Source of the DNA: an uncultured Candidatus Saccharibacteria bacterium
GTDB taxonomy: Bacteria > Patescibacteriota > Minisyncoccia > Phycocordibacterales > PALSA-1337
Length of the DNA stretch: 64,000 bases
NCBI GenBank assembly: GCA_964412585.1
Contig: CAYPPJ010000001.1
Coordinates: 149,334-213,333 of the forward strand
Direction: 5' to 3'
The translations under genes and the position numbers were made by a program. This document shows, piece by piece, positions 1-10,595 of the stretch (within the stretch, counting starts at the first letter, position 1; every line of letters starts with the position of its first letter). The notes beneath the pieces are model-generated. The model worked only from the letters and a program-made list of their open reading frames with translations. It was not told the DNA's origin and searched no databases.

Positions 1-2
1 CA

Positions 3-653
3 GCTGCTGATCATATCGTGGGCAATCCAAATGCGGCCATACGCATTGTTGAATTTTCGGATCCGTCATGCCCATTTTGCAAGACATTTCATCCGACAAT
101 GAAAAAGATCATCGATGAATACGGCCCGACTGGAAAGGTTGCATGGGTCTATCGCTCTTTTCCTCTCGATAAACCTGATGCACAGGGACGTATTCTTCAT
201 CCAAATGCAGGACATGAGTCACAGGCATTTGAATGTGCAGCATCACTTGGGGGCAATGAGGTATTTTGGAAGTTTGCTAACCGTCTCTACGAGATCACCC
301 CTTCAGACAAAGGGCAGAGTCTCGACCAAAAAGAACTTCCCGTTATTGCAAAATTTGCTGGGCTTGATCCAGTTTCATTCAACGAATGTTTGACAAGCGG
401 ACGATTCGCAGAAAAAGTTGAGAAGCAATATCTTGATGGTGTAAACGCGGGCGTAGCCGGAACTCCAACAAATATTTTTGTTCTCTCAAATCCAGCTTCT
501 AAAAATATGGATGTGGTAATATCTGATTTGGCGGTTCAGCTTCAAGTACCGATTGCTATTTCCACTGACCGTATGCGCATCTTGATGAGTGGAGCGTTGC
601 CTGAAACGGCTATAAAGGCAGTGTTGGAGCCGTTGCTGATGGAAGTGAAGTAG
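3..653 (+). CDS. DsbA-family thioredoxin-fold protein (5'-partial)
   Basis: DHIVGNPNAAIRIVEFSDPSCPFC (CxxC) and GVAGTP cis-Pro motif; frame is open to the window edge. Confidence 0.88.
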   Translation, partial: AADHIVGNPNAAIRIVEFSDPSCPFCKTFHPTMKKIIDEYGPTGKVAWVYRSFPLDKPDAQGRILHPNAGHESQAFECAASLGGNEVFWKFANRLYEITPSDKGQSLDQKELPVIAKFAGLDPVSFNECLTSGRFAEKVEKQYLDGVNAGVAGTPTNIFVLSNPASKNMDVVISDLAVQLQVPIAISTDRMRILMSGALPETAIKAVLEPLLMEVK

Positions 654-666
654 GATGTTTGACTCT

Positions 667-3597
667 CTACACTCCCCTCACCCCACACCACTCACACTTC
701 ATATCATCACATTTCGTACGCGCAATTTCTCCACTCCAAACTGAGTCAACAAGTGATTGAATCTCTTTTTTAACACGATCAATGTCAGTTTGCTCAATTG
801 GTAACGTGACAGTCGGACACCTTCCCTTGTCATCAGGAGACACGAAGACGAGTGCTGGAATGATTGACTTCGAACGCCAACGAACATCTGCACTCAACAG
901 CATCTTATAAAAAATAAGCTGACGGAAATAGTTGCCGCTGGAATCACTCTTGGTCTCCCCTTTTATAGCATTCACTGACATGGCCTGCTTTGTTTTGTAG
1001 TCAAACACATAGACCGTTGTTCCTGTATCTACAATCGCATCCAACTTTCCATGAAGTGGAATACGAATGGATTGTCCATTAAAGATTCCCGCGAATTCTG
1101 TTTCGACCCATGTCTCGGTATATACCTGCGCTTTTTCTCCTTGAATGAAATGAGACTCAAGTGCTGTAGCAACTGCAGGTGCGTCAGCAAGTAACTCTTT
1201 CAACGCTGAAACTTTCTCAGTGCTAGGCAAGAATGATGTTTCGAAATATTCTTTAATTTTTTCGATGAGAAGGTTTTCAATTTCCATGGCAGTTCGAGCT
1301 TTCGCATTCCAGATAGCATCAAAAGCCACGTGCATAGCTGTTCCCTTTTCCGCTGCAACAGAAGGAGCTTGTGGCAGTTTCAATATACTTTGATACAGAA
1401 ACGTGTTTGGGCATTCGAGGAAGTGATTGAGTGCTGTTACCGATAGTCCTTTTTTAAGAAGTGTGTTTTTGGTGATATCGATCAGCTTCGCGCCAATCAT
1501 ATCAGCCTCCGAGTGTTTGGAATTAGTACCACTTTGCACATGCACCTGATCTACCCCGACACGCGGTAATTCAACTCGTGTTACATGCTTCTCCTCCAAT
1601 TCATCAATGAATCGAAGTGGCTCCAACATTTTCCCATCTGACTCTTCCTTGGCAGTGAGGACTGTGACATGCTTTCGTCCACGAGTAAGGGCGACATAAA
1701 AGAGTCGGCGCACATCACGAATATCACTATCAGCCGTTCTCTTTTTTGGTAAGACAAATGATGCTCCTTTTGGACGACCTACCCATGATTCTTCGGTTGC
1801 ATACGGGATAAATACATAATCAAATTCTAACCCCTTACTTCCATGTGCCGTCATAGCTTGGATAGGAACATCTGGGGCGCCCACTGAAACCTTCACCGTA
1901 CGAGTTTCCGCAGATGTCCTATATGCCAACATATTCTTGATGAGTTCAGCTGGGTCTCGAAGGTCTCCTTCACGAGTAAGGGATTCTGCCAAAGAAATAA
2001 TGCCACGCCAGACATGGATATATGAGGGATTTCGTGCGATCAACGTCGTAAACCCTGATTCTTCAGCTGCATGGATAAGAAAGCCAATCGCACCATCATT
2101 GAGCATAGATCGCTGAATTTTGAGTAGGTTGCCGATCTCGACCGGCTGACCACTTCGCAACGATTTCACCACTTCTGTTCCTTTTTCAAATGGAATACTC
2201 CACATGCCAGCAATAACCGTACGTGCCAATGCGTCAGTCTTTGATGAATCAATAAGATATTCAATCAAATCAAAGAAAAGTCGACCAACGGGGTGACTGA
2301 ATATGTCCACGCTTCTTTCTGATGAAACAGGTATGTGGTGAGATTCAAGTAAGCGGATTACCCTATCCAAATCACGATTACGTCTGACGATAATAGCTAC
2401 TGTGGCCTTGGGTTCTTTTTCGATAAGCGCACGCAACTCATTCACGAGGTGTAATTCGATAGCCGACACATTTTCTCCAATAACAACCTCAACAGGACGC
2501 TGTTCGTCATCACTTCCAGATTTTAATTTTATTCGTAAATCTGTATGCTCACCTTCCTCGTAATTTTTTTCAATCATCCCAAAACTAGCATCGAGGATAC
2601 TTTGGTGCGAACGATAGTTGGTGTCCAGCGAGATAATCTTCATAGCGGGCCATTTCTTTTGCAATAAAAGGAAATTCTCCACTGATGCACCTTGGAAACG
2701 ATATATAGCCTGTTTTTCATCACCCACAATAAAAATATTTGGGGTGTCAAAGAATTCTGCGATCAATCCCACAATGAAGTTCTGGGCGTCATTGGTATCC
2801 TGATGTTCATCAACATGTAAATACAAGTAACGTTCTTGGATGAGACGCAAAAGTAATTCATCTTTACGTAAGGCCAAGAGTAATTCAATAATAAGATCAT
2901 TGAAATCCATCTTTTTGGCTTCAAGTTTCTTGGCCTCATACAATCGGTACACATCTGCAAATAACTTGGTGCGTTCACATTTCTCAATAGCTTCTTTTGC
3001 ATCCGCCTTCAACTGACCCTTTGTGGCACCGCGTGACGAAATTGAATTTTCGTCTGACTTAATTCGCGCAATTTCATCATCAGCAAACTGGCGAACCATC
3101 TCCGGCGTCAGCGCTTCTCTTTTTGAGTCATCAATACCTCGAATAATTCCCATCACATAGGCATCAGGTTTTCCCGCAGGTCTAATATCTGAAAATTTTG
3201 GATCAGAGATAATGGTACGAATAAGCGACTCCTGTTCAATATCAGTCATCTGTTTCAAATCACTCAAATGCAAGAAGTGATCCGGGTATTCAGCAATAAC
3301 CGAAGAAGCAAATCCATGGAATGTGCTGATACGAACATCGTGCGCTCGGTCGCCGATAATGCCTTGTAATTTCTGACGCATAGCTTTGACCCCTGCATCT
3401 GTGTAGGTGATTGCCAAAATACCATTTGCGGGCGTATCGGTGCGTTTGAGGATATTTGCTATGCGCAGCGTAAGGATTGTGGTTTTACCCGTTCCAGGGC
3501 CTGCAATGACCATAACAGGACCTTCGATAGCATCGACGGCCTCTTTTTGGGCCATATTGAGACGTTTGTATTGGAGATTGAAGACTGCGTCAGACAT
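667..3597 (-). CDS. UvrD/PcrA-like SF1 helicase fused to a C-terminal PD-(D/E)XK nuclease
   Basis: AGPGTGKT, VDEHQD, VGDEKQAIYRFQGA, TAHGSKGLEF, YVALTR; nuclease motifs GKLD and FDYKT; Cys pattern ECP...C-C-C. Confidence 0.92.
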   Translation of the reverse strand: MSDAVFNLQYKRLNMAQKEAVDAIEGPVMVIAGPGTGKTTILTLRIANILKRTDTPANGILAITYTDAGVKAMRQKLQGIIGDRAHDVRISTFHGFASSVIAEYPDHFLHLSDLKQMTDIEQESLIRTIISDPKFSDIRPAGKPDAYVMGIIRGIDDSKREALTPEMVRQFADDEIARIKSDENSISSRGATKGQLKADAKEAIEKCERTKLFADVYRLYEAKKLEAKKMDFNDLIIELLLALRKDELLLRLIQERYLYLHVDEHQDTNDAQNFIVGLIAEFFDTPNIFIVGDEKQAIYRFQGASVENFLLLQKKWPAMKIISLDTNYRSHQSILDASFGMIEKNYEEGEHTDLRIKLKSGSDDEQRPVEVVIGENVSAIELHLVNELRALIEKEPKATVAIIVRRNRDLDRVIRLLESHHIPVSSERSVDIFSHPVGRLFFDLIEYLIDSSKTDALARTVIAGMWSIPFEKGTEVVKSLRSGQPVEIGNLLKIQRSMLNDGAIGFLIHAAEESGFTTLIARNPSYIHVWRGIISLAESLTREGDLRDPAELIKNMLAYRTSAETRTVKVSVGAPDVPIQAMTAHGSKGLEFDYVFIPYATEESWVGRPKGASFVLPKKRTADSDIRDVRRLFYVALTRGRKHVTVLTAKEESDGKMLEPLRFIDELEEKHVTRVELPRVGVDQVHVQSGTNSKHSEADMIGAKLIDITKNTLLKKGLSVTALNHFLECPNTFLYQSILKLPQAPSVAAEKGTAMHVAFDAIWNAKARTAMEIENLLIEKIKEYFETSFLPSTEKVSALKELLADAPAVATALESHFIQGEKAQVYTETWVETEFAGIFNGQSIRIPLHGKLDAIVDTGTTVYVFDYKTKQAMSVNAIKGETKSDSSGNYFRQLIFYKMLLSADVRWRSKSIIPALVFVSPDDKGRCPTVTLPIEQTDIDRVKKEIQSLVDSVWSGEIARTKCDDMKCEWCGVRGV

Positions 3598-3637
3598 AAG
3601 TTGATTATACCTTACTGGGGCAATTTTTATATAAAAA

Positions 3638-3667
3638 AATCCCCCCTGATCCGTGCGGACCAGGAGG
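3638..3667 (-). terminator. Probable intrinsic terminator of the VPDxG-CTERM gene
   Basis: Imperfect GC hairpin CCCCTGATCCG-TG-CGGACCAGGAGG next to an A-tract (U-tract on minus strand). Confidence 0.55.
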
Positions 3668-3716
3668 TACCCGATTTGTTGAGCGAAATACAGGGCGCAT
3701 CACTGCCCTGGTGACG

Positions 3717-4484
3717 TTAGGCCGTCACCGCTTGAATTTTCTTTCGAAAAACGACGAGGCCAAGCGAAGCAAGGCCGAGCGAGGCAAGGTTTGAGCCGTT
3801 GTCAGGGACGGAAGAGCTCTTCAGCCCGACGTTGATGTTATCAAATTCTTGAACGAAGCTCTCGCCCTTATTGTACGCCTGAGCGAACACTGTGCGGAAT
3901 TGGGAAGTTAAGGGTCCCAGCGTCGTGTCACTGTAAACCGAATTCCCATTCAGAACGTAGTCAACCGAGCTACCGTTGTAGCTGATATCAATGTCGTATT
4001 GCCCCGCAACTGCAGAGCCACCAAGATTGACCCAGCCAATGTCACTGTCCCAGACACGCAGCGTCGAGCCAATATAGCCGAGGATAAAATAATCAGCTCC
4101 GACTTCGGTCCCAACATTCCCAGTGCTGCCCCAAAGGTCCGAACGTTGTCCCCCGCTAATCTGGTCGGACGTCACAAAGAGTTGGCCGGTAAGTTGCCAA
4201 TTGCCGTTAACCAGCGCCTGATGTTGCCGCCCTTGAGTGTTGTAAAACGTACTATTGTACGCCGGCGGACGATTGGCCTGGCTATCCGCGCTGGAGATGG
4301 TAATCTGCAGACGCCCTCCGACAGAATTGAAGCCCGCAGGCTCATACCGATCAGTCACCCAACCAGCAGACGGTGGACCTGTGAAGGTGTCCGTAAACGG
4401 GACGGCAAAGGAGGAATTTGAAGGGTTAATAACCGCCACAGCAAGTGCCATGGCGCCGATAATACCGACGTTAACGTGTTTCAT
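3717..4484 (-). CDS. Secreted protein with a VPDSG-CTERM (PEP-CTERM-like) sorting tail
   Basis: Signal peptide; C-terminus VPDNGSNLASLGLASLGLVVFRKK = VPDxG + TM helix + basic cluster. Confidence 0.82.
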   Translation of the reverse strand: MKHVNVGIIGAMALAVAVINPSNSSFAVPFTDTFTGPPSAGWVTDRYEPAGFNSVGGRLQITISSADSQANRPPAYNSTFYNTQGRQHQALVNGNWQLTGQLFVTSDQISGGQRSDLWGSTGNVGTEVGADYFILGYIGSTLRVWDSDIGWVNLGGSAVAGQYDIDISYNGSSVDYVLNGNSVYSDTTLGPLTSQFRTVFAQAYNKGESFVQEFDNINVGLKSSSVPDNGSNLASLGLASLGLVVFRKKIQAVTA

Positions 4485-4538
4485 TCAACTATTGGGTTTT
4501 GTTACTTACTGCACCTCTCTGGCGCAGATTCGCGACAA

Positions 4539-4567
4539 AATATAGCACGAAGTTATAAAATTGGCAA
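4539..4567 (-). promoter_or_regulatory. sigma70 promoter of the VPDxG-CTERM gene
   Basis: TTGCCA-N17-TATATT with extended TG, minus strand. Confidence 0.6.
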
Positions 4568-4626
4568 GAATAAAGCCGCAATGGAGCGGCTGTATTCAAT
4601 ATCTGCAACAAATGCACTAAATAACG

Positions 4627-5874
4627 TTAGTAGTTCTTGAGTCGATTGATCTTCTCGTGCTGACGAATCTTCTCATGAGCCTTGGCCTCAATCTGACGAA
4701 TACGTTCACGAGTAACACCAAACTCCTTCCCTACTTCTTCGAGCGTATGAGTAATGCCATCCATGAGCCCATGACGCATCTCAAGAATCTTGCGCTCCTT
4801 TTCTGAAAGATCATTGAGGATCATGTTGACCTGGTCACGAAGAATACGGCGTGAGGACTCCTGGTCTGGTGGAAGTATCTTGTCATCAGGGATAAAGTCC
4901 TGGAGAGTCGATTTACCATCATCACTATCATCACCAACGGGATTTTCGAGTGAGACGACATCCTGTTCGATCTTTTCAATCTGGTAAATCTTGTCGACAT
5001 CCATACCCATCTCAGTAGCGATCTCATCTGGCAATGGCTCACGTCCCAAATCATGTGAAAGACGGCGAACTACCTGTTTGTATTTTGCAATAGTTTCAAC
5101 CATGTGAACTGGAACACGAATAGTACGTGACTGATCGGCAAGCGCACGGGTAATAGCCTGACGAATCCACCACGTGGCATATGTCGAAAACTTGTATCCC
5201 TTGGTCCAGTCAAACTTATCTACGGCACGAAAAAGACCAAGGTTTCCTTCTTGGATAAGATCGAGAAGTGTGAGATCGGGACTGCGTCCAACATACTTCT
5301 TCGCAATAGAAACAACGAGACGGAGGTTGGCCTTTGCAAGAAGATTCTTTGCCTCGATATCTCCTGCCTGAATACGCTTTGCCAAATCTTTTTCGTCCGA
5401 AGCAGTAATAAGTGGGTACTGACCAATCTCTTTGAGGTACATCTGGATAGAATCGTACGCGGAGTCAGATGAGCTCGTACGAGAATAGTGGGTTGAAGGT
5501 TTCTTTGGAGTAAGATCCTCGATCTCGAGCAAACCTCCACCTTCAAGAACATCGACGTTTGCTGCGCCAAATTTGCTGTACAACTCATCGAGAAACATAA
5601 TGTCGTTCTCGATCTGTGGGAACTCCTTCATGATCTCATCATAGGTAATGAAACCGCGGTCACGACCCTTGTTGATGAGCTTATTGGCACGTACCTCAAA
5701 ATCCTTGGCCTTGTCTACTTTTGACATCGGCTTGCCTGATTTACCTACACTTTTACCTTTTGCTGCTGGTTTCGAAGTCTTGCCAGCTTTTGACTTAACA
5801 CGAAAAACCGCACGCTTTACTGGACGTCGGCTGGCTTTACCGGACTTTTTTGCCCCTTTTTTTGTTTTTCCCAT
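4627..5874 (-). CDS. rpoD: RNA polymerase primary sigma factor
   Basis: [60 protein letters not shown]; follows dnaG. Confidence 0.97.
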   Translation of the reverse strand: MGKTKKGAKKSGKASRRPVKRAVFRVKSKAGKTSKPAAKGKSVGKSGKPMSKVDKAKDFEVRANKLINKGRDRGFITYDEIMKEFPQIENDIMFLDELYSKFGAANVDVLEGGGLLEIEDLTPKKPSTHYSRTSSSDSAYDSIQMYLKEIGQYPLITASDEKDLAKRIQAGDIEAKNLLAKANLRLVVSIAKKYVGRSPDLTLLDLIQEGNLGLFRAVDKFDWTKGYKFSTYATWWIRQAITRALADQSRTIRVPVHMVETIAKYKQVVRRLSHDLGREPLPDEIATEMGMDVDKIYQIEKIEQDVVSLENPVGDDSDDGKSTLQDFIPDDKILPPDQESSRRILRDQVNMILNDLSEKERKILEMRHGLMDGITHTLEEVGKEFGVTRERIRQIEAKAHEKIRQHEKINRLKNY

Positions 5875-5967
5875 ATGAGAGATTGGAGAAAAGGTTAATT
5901 GATACCTAATATAACCTAGAGATTGTAAGATATTTATTGATAACGCGCAAGTAGGCCGGTTTACGGT

Positions 5968-7797
5968 TTACAGCCTCTTTTTATGAGCAACCTCCGCTTT
6001 ACGTAAGGACAACACCTGGCATTTCTTTGCCAATTCAGTTACGCCCGCCATATTCCCTGCTTTCTCAGCCTGTTTAAGTTCTGACATGGTAGAAATAAGT
6101 TCGACACTAATCATGTCTTCTTCAAAATTGACAATAAGTTCCTTCATGTGCCTGTCCCATTCTTTCGCATCACTCCCAAAGACTGCTTCAGCCTCAAAAG
6201 CGAGGTCATTGATCATGGCTTCGACTTGAGCATGTAGTGCGGTATATGAATCACCGGCAATCTTTTGAATTTCGGCTCGGTAATTCTTTCCTTGATCTGG
6301 TGATGATTTTTCAATATGAAATAGAAGGCCAAAGAGACGACGTGAAATGAGGTCGAGTTGAATGGGGACTCCTCCGACAGCACTACCTCCCCCGGACACG
6401 CCGTCGACCTCTGCTGAGGTCGCGGCTGGTTCTCGGCCGCCTTCGCGGCCTCCGAAGCGTCCGGTTGAGGTAGTGCCTGCCGGAGTCGCCCCTCCAACTT
6501 GAGCCGCCTCAACTTTAACTTTCTTCAAGTCATCCCATACTGCCGCCTCAGATATATTCGTCTTGTCCGAAATCATTTTCACAAAATGTGCCTGATCCAT
6601 ACGACTATCAATGCGCGCCAAAAATGGAAATACACGCTCTCGAAGTCCACGGCCAATCTTTCGTGGATCTGGAATATCACGCATGACATTGCCAAGCTCA
6701 AATTCGATAATTGGTTTTGCCGCCCTCAACGCTTGTTTCCAATCTTCGGGATTGTGGAGCACCAAATCAGCTGGATCCTTGCCACCGACCAGGTCTGCAA
6801 TCTTCACATCCATACCCATCGAAAGCGCGATACCGGCGGCGCGCATCGCAGCTTTTCTACCCGCACTGTCGGAATCAAACGCGATAATGACATTGGGCGA
6901 CAGACGACGCACAAGACCGAGATTGCTGACTGCCCCACTTTCGCTAAAAGACTCATCGGTCAGTGCGGTACCTGAAGATGCAACAGTATTCTTGATACCC
7001 GCTTGATGTGACATGACCAAGTCCATTTGCCCTTCGACCATGATAGTGTAATTCATGCGACGAATGTCACTCTTTGCTTTATCGAGTCCATAGAGCACGA
7101 GAGATTTGTCATACAATGGAGTATCCGGGCTATTCAAGTATTTTGCTGATTTTCCGTCGTCTTTTAGTATGCGGCCTGAAAATGCAATAACACGGCCACT
7201 CGAATCTGATATGGGAAACATCACACGACCACGAAAACGATCGTAAAACTTACCATCATCTGTCTTCTTGCCCAGCCCCGCCTTTTCAATAAGCATGTCA
7301 GAGTATTTCTTGACTCTCAGATGATCAATGAGCGATTGCCACCCTTCGGGAGCCCAGCCAATGCGGAACTCTTGGCGTGTTGCATCATTAATGCCGCGTT
7401 TCTTCACATATTCTTTTACCTCCTTATTCTTCGTAAATTGATCCTCAAAAAAAAGTGCTGCGGCTTCCATGATCTCAAAAAGCCTATCTCGCTCGCCGTC
7501 CGCTTTTTTATCAAAAGTTAGTTGCACTCCCGCTCGTTCTGCCAACACTTTTAACGCTCCACGAAAATCAAGCCCCTCAAACTGCTCGACGAAAGTGAAA
7601 ATATCACCTTTCGCATTGCAGCCAAAACAGTAGTACCCACCACGATCCGGAGACACGAAAAAAGAAGGCGTCTTTTCATTATGGAAAGGACACTTGGCCT
7701 TGAAGGCATTGCCAGATTTTTCCAGCTTGAGATACTGACCAATCACTTCATTGACTGGTAGACGCTCTTTGATTTGTTCGACAATAGTCCTATTCAT
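5968..7797 (-). CDS. dnaG: DNA primase
   Basis: CHC2 zinc finger CPFHNEKTPSF...CFGC, DRFRGRVMFPI, KYLNSP, TOPRIM EGQMD and FDSDSAG. Confidence 0.97.
   Translation of the reverse strand: MNRTIVEQIKERLPVNEVIGQYLKLEKSGNAFKAKCPFHNEKTPSFFVSPDRGGYYCFGCNAKGDIFTFVEQFEGLDFRGALKVLAERAGVQLTFDKKADGERDRLFEIMEAAALFFEDQFTKNKEVKEYVKKRGINDATRQEFRIGWAPEGWQSLIDHLRVKKYSDMLIEKAGLGKKTDDGKFYDRFRGRVMFPISDSSGRVIAFSGRILKDDGKSAKYLNSPDTPLYDKSLVLYGLDKAKSDIRRMNYTIMVEGQMDLVMSHQAGIKNTVASSGTALTDESFSESGAVSNLGLVRRLSPNVIIAFDSDSAGRKAAMRAAGIALSMGMDVKIADLVGGKDPADLVLHNPEDWKQALRAAKPIIEFELGNVMRDIPDPRKIGRGLRERVFPFLARIDSRMDQAHFVKMISDKTNISEAAVWDDLKKVKVEAAQVGGATPAGTTSTGRFGGREGGREPAATSAEVDGVSGGGSAVGGVPIQLDLISRRLFGLLFHIEKSSPDQGKNYRAEIQKIAGDSYTALHAQVEAMINDLAFEAEAVFGSDAKEWDRHMKELIVNFEEDMISVELISTMSELKQAEKAGNMAGVTELAKKCQVLSLRKAEVAHKKRL
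6364..6492. repeat. GC-rich multi-branched palindromic element inserted in frame in dnaG
   Basis: Arms GCACTACCTC (6380-6389) / GAGGTAGTGC (6467-6476), CCGGAC/GTCCGG, inner hairpin CGACCTC-TGCT-GAGGTCG; encodes a Gly/Ala-rich stretch of about 43 aa. Confidence 0.75.
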
Positions 7798-7830
7798 AGG
7801 TGTATTATAGAGTATAGGCCCCTGGAAACA

Positions 7831-10524
7831 CTATTGACTCAAAAGTGAGTTTATGACTTGTATAGTTTTTGTATCCACAACACCAGTCCCCTGTGACACA
7901 CCTAACGGAACGAGTAGCTGCACTGGATGCGCCTCTTGAAAACGAATGACTGCAGCACGTGTTGCTGGACCAAAAAAATCTGTTTCATTACCAGAAGATC
8001 CGGGCCCTGAAAGGGCAACAAGAAAATTGTTACGATTCAAGAATTTTTGCAATACAAGTACATCTGGATGGCGAGAGCCTAGTGAAAGAAATGTCGAAAG
8101 TCGAACTTGTTGAATCGCGCCGGCTGGGCTTGTCGAACCTACTGTTGCACCTAAAATTGGCGTACAAATCATGTTAGCAGGACATCCTACAGCAACTACC
8201 GGTGAACGGAGCATATCAGCACGATAACGTGCAAGTGCAGCAGCTGTAATTGGCCCAAAATATCCTGTCGTATGATCAAAATCCATATACCCCTTTCCTG
8301 CAAGATACGTTTGCAATGCCAACACTTCTGAACCCCTCATGCCAACTCCTAATGCTGAATACTGATACGTAAAGCTCGTATTTAGTGATGGAACAATTGT
8401 GATTGGTATGCCTGGTACTGAGGCTGCCTTGAGAGATGTGGCAACATCAGCAGCATATTTCTTGACCGCAGCATCGGTAATAGGTCCAAAGTACCCCGTA
8501 ATACGGTCTGCACTCATGTATCCCTGTGACAGTAAAAATTTTTGAAGTCCCAGAACCGCGTCGTTCCTTGTACCAACCACCAAATGTGCATACGATGCTG
8601 GAATTTGAGGAAGTATTTTTCGAGGTTGAACAGTCGGCATTACTACTGTTGGTATCTGTACCGCTACGACTGGACTTGCCGCAGCCCCAGCACCACCACC
8701 CCCTCCGCCGCCTCCCCCGCCACCACCTCCGCCGCCAGAATTTGAAACTGAGGATGTTACCGCGTAGATAATGCTTGTCTGTGATGTGTTGCCAGCGTCG
8801 TCATAGGCAACGATCATATACCCATAGGTTGTAGCAGCTGCTAATCCCACGTGACTATAGGAAAGATCTGAAGGTGTCGTACTCAACAGATCCGACGGTA
8901 CGCATGATGCACCATTACATCCATACACTCGATATCCTGCGACACCACGTGAGTCAGTCGACGCTTCCCACGAAAGTCGTATATTACTACTTGAAAACGT
9001 ATTTGCTGAAAAGTTTTGAGGAACTGATGGCGCTGTAAGATCAAGTACCGCAACATTTGAGAGTGGAGATGAGTTTCCAGCAGCATCTCGAGAGATCAGA
9101 GCAAAATAATAAGTCTGAGTAAGCGCTGGTAAATTTATATTGTATACCTCAGGACTGCCTGAGACATACGGAACAGGTTGTAGTTGATTTGGCCCGTACC
9201 CTTCCAAAGGATTGGGCATGACCGTTATCAGCTTATCGCTCGAAAAAGTCAGGCTCGTAATTTCGGTTGATGTCGAATATCTGATTTCATATGCAGTTGA
9301 TGTCCCATAACTTCCATTATTGCCAGGTGCCGTCCATACCAGTGTCGTAGTACCTATATCTGAAAGCTGCGTCACTGACAAATCTGCAATTGTCGATGGT
9401 TTGGTGAGATCAACGAGTTCGATCGGAGTACTACTGTATGTCAGCTTGTATATCCCCGCATCTCCTACCGCGTACACTACTCCTGAATCATATGGGTCTG
9501 TCACAACTTTTTTTATTGCCACATCAGATAGATCTTTTTGGATGGGCAACCATTGGGGAATCTGTGGATCAGCATCAAGAATAGCCTCATTCGTCGTACG
9601 ATACACACCGCTTCCATAGACTGCAGCATAGGCGACATTTGAGTCAGTATAATCACTGGCAACAGTACGCACGGATCCTGATGGCAAGCCGGTACTCGAT
9701 GACGCAAAGTGTACACCACTATCATTACTCTTATATATTCCCTTGTCTGTTGCGATCCAGGCCAGGTTGCCAGACGCATGCAATACGCTGACATCATTGG
9801 TTGTAGTACCATTGGCGCTAAAAATGCGTGACCAGTTTTCATATGTACCTGAAGAAGACCTGAGCGCACTCGAGTACACATCATTGCCATTTGTTAGGGC
9901 AAAAATCTCGGCACTACCAAATGCAGTGGTGAGCTTCTTTGCGTATCCCGAAAGTCCAGTATTATCAGCTCTCCAATATGAACCAGTGGTAGTACTTATG
10001 AATACACCACTCGGTGTCGCTGCATATAGTGTGTTAAAACTGCCCTGGGTTGCTTGATATTGATCAATTGTAATGTCCAAAATAGAATTGTCACTCAAAC
10101 CGGTGCTCGTGGCAATCCATACGGGATCACTCAAGGTACTGGCGAAAATCCCGCCATCCGAAGTACCTGCAAATATATATGTCGAAGATGTGGTGGCATA
10201 CCGATCAGTGCCTGAATCATAGATCCATCCTATCGCAAGTGATGTCACATCTACATGCGGACCGAGGCCAGTGTTTACCTGGGTCCAGGATTGGCCACCA
10301 TTGATGCTTTTGAATACCCCGTGATCCGTTGCAAGATACAGAAATGAGCCGATGCCAGCAATTGTATTAAATTGATACCCTGATGCACCTGGTGGAGTGA
10401 TTGTCTCCCACTGATCGGTTGCCGCGCATACTGGCATGGCGGCTATGCACAATGCCCATAGTATGAGCATCGCAATGTAAGGGTTCGGATACCGAAAATA
10501 AGTCATGATGGATAATACAGACAC
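7831..10524 (-). CDS. Large surface protein: BNR-like beta-propeller, 2 FN3, poly-Gly linker, 3 peptidoglycan-binding domains
   Basis: Signal peptide; GVFKSINGGQSW and GIYKSNDSG repeats; WTAPG...YEIRYS and WEASTD...GYRVY FN3; three LQKFL...GYFGPIT-like repeats. Confidence 0.82.
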   Translation of the reverse strand: MSVLSIMTYFRYPNPYIAMLILWALCIAAMPVCAATDQWETITPPGASGYQFNTIAGIGSFLYLATDHGVFKSINGGQSWTQVNTGLGPHVDVTSLAIGWIYDSGTDRYATTSSTYIFAGTSDGGIFASTLSDPVWIATSTGLSDNSILDITIDQYQATQGSFNTLYAATPSGVFISTTTGSYWRADNTGLSGYAKKLTTAFGSAEIFALTNGNDVYSSALRSSSGTYENWSRIFSANGTTTNDVSVLHASGNLAWIATDKGIYKSNDSGVHFASSSTGLPSGSVRTVASDYTDSNVAYAAVYGSGVYRTTNEAILDADPQIPQWLPIQKDLSDVAIKKVVTDPYDSGVVYAVGDAGIYKLTYSSTPIELVDLTKPSTIADLSVTQLSDIGTTTLVWTAPGNNGSYGTSTAYEIRYSTSTEITSLTFSSDKLITVMPNPLEGYGPNQLQPVPYVSGSPEVYNINLPALTQTYYFALISRDAAGNSSPLSNVAVLDLTAPSVPQNFSANTFSSSNIRLSWEASTDSRGVAGYRVYGCNGASCVPSDLLSTTPSDLSYSHVGLAAATTYGYMIVAYDDAGNTSQTSIIYAVTSSVSNSGGGGGGGGGGGGGGGAGAAASPVVAVQIPTVVMPTVQPRKILPQIPASYAHLVVGTRNDAVLGLQKFLLSQGYMSADRITGYFGPITDAAVKKYAADVATSLKAASVPGIPITIVPSLNTSFTYQYSALGVGMRGSEVLALQTYLAGKGYMDFDHTTGYFGPITAAALARYRADMLRSPVVAVGCPANMICTPILGATVGSTSPAGAIQQVRLSTFLSLGSRHPDVLVLQKFLNRNNFLVALSGPGSSGNETDFFGPATRAAVIRFQEAHPVQLLVPLGVSQGTGVVDTKTIQVINSLLSQ

Positions 10525-10595
10525 TATACTACAGAATAATAAAAAAGGCCCTCCTCATGCACTGGGCAGAATTGGGCCGCGAAAATGTACAGCCG

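Noticed and set aside
667-1500. Cas4-like nuclease with a Cys cluster as a sign of a CRISPR system
   Set aside because: It is the C-terminal PD-(D/E)XK domain of an AddA/AdnB-like helicase-nuclease, and no cas genes are nearby.
8688-8738. GC-rich triplet repeat
   Set aside because: It simply encodes the poly-Gly linker of the surface protein.
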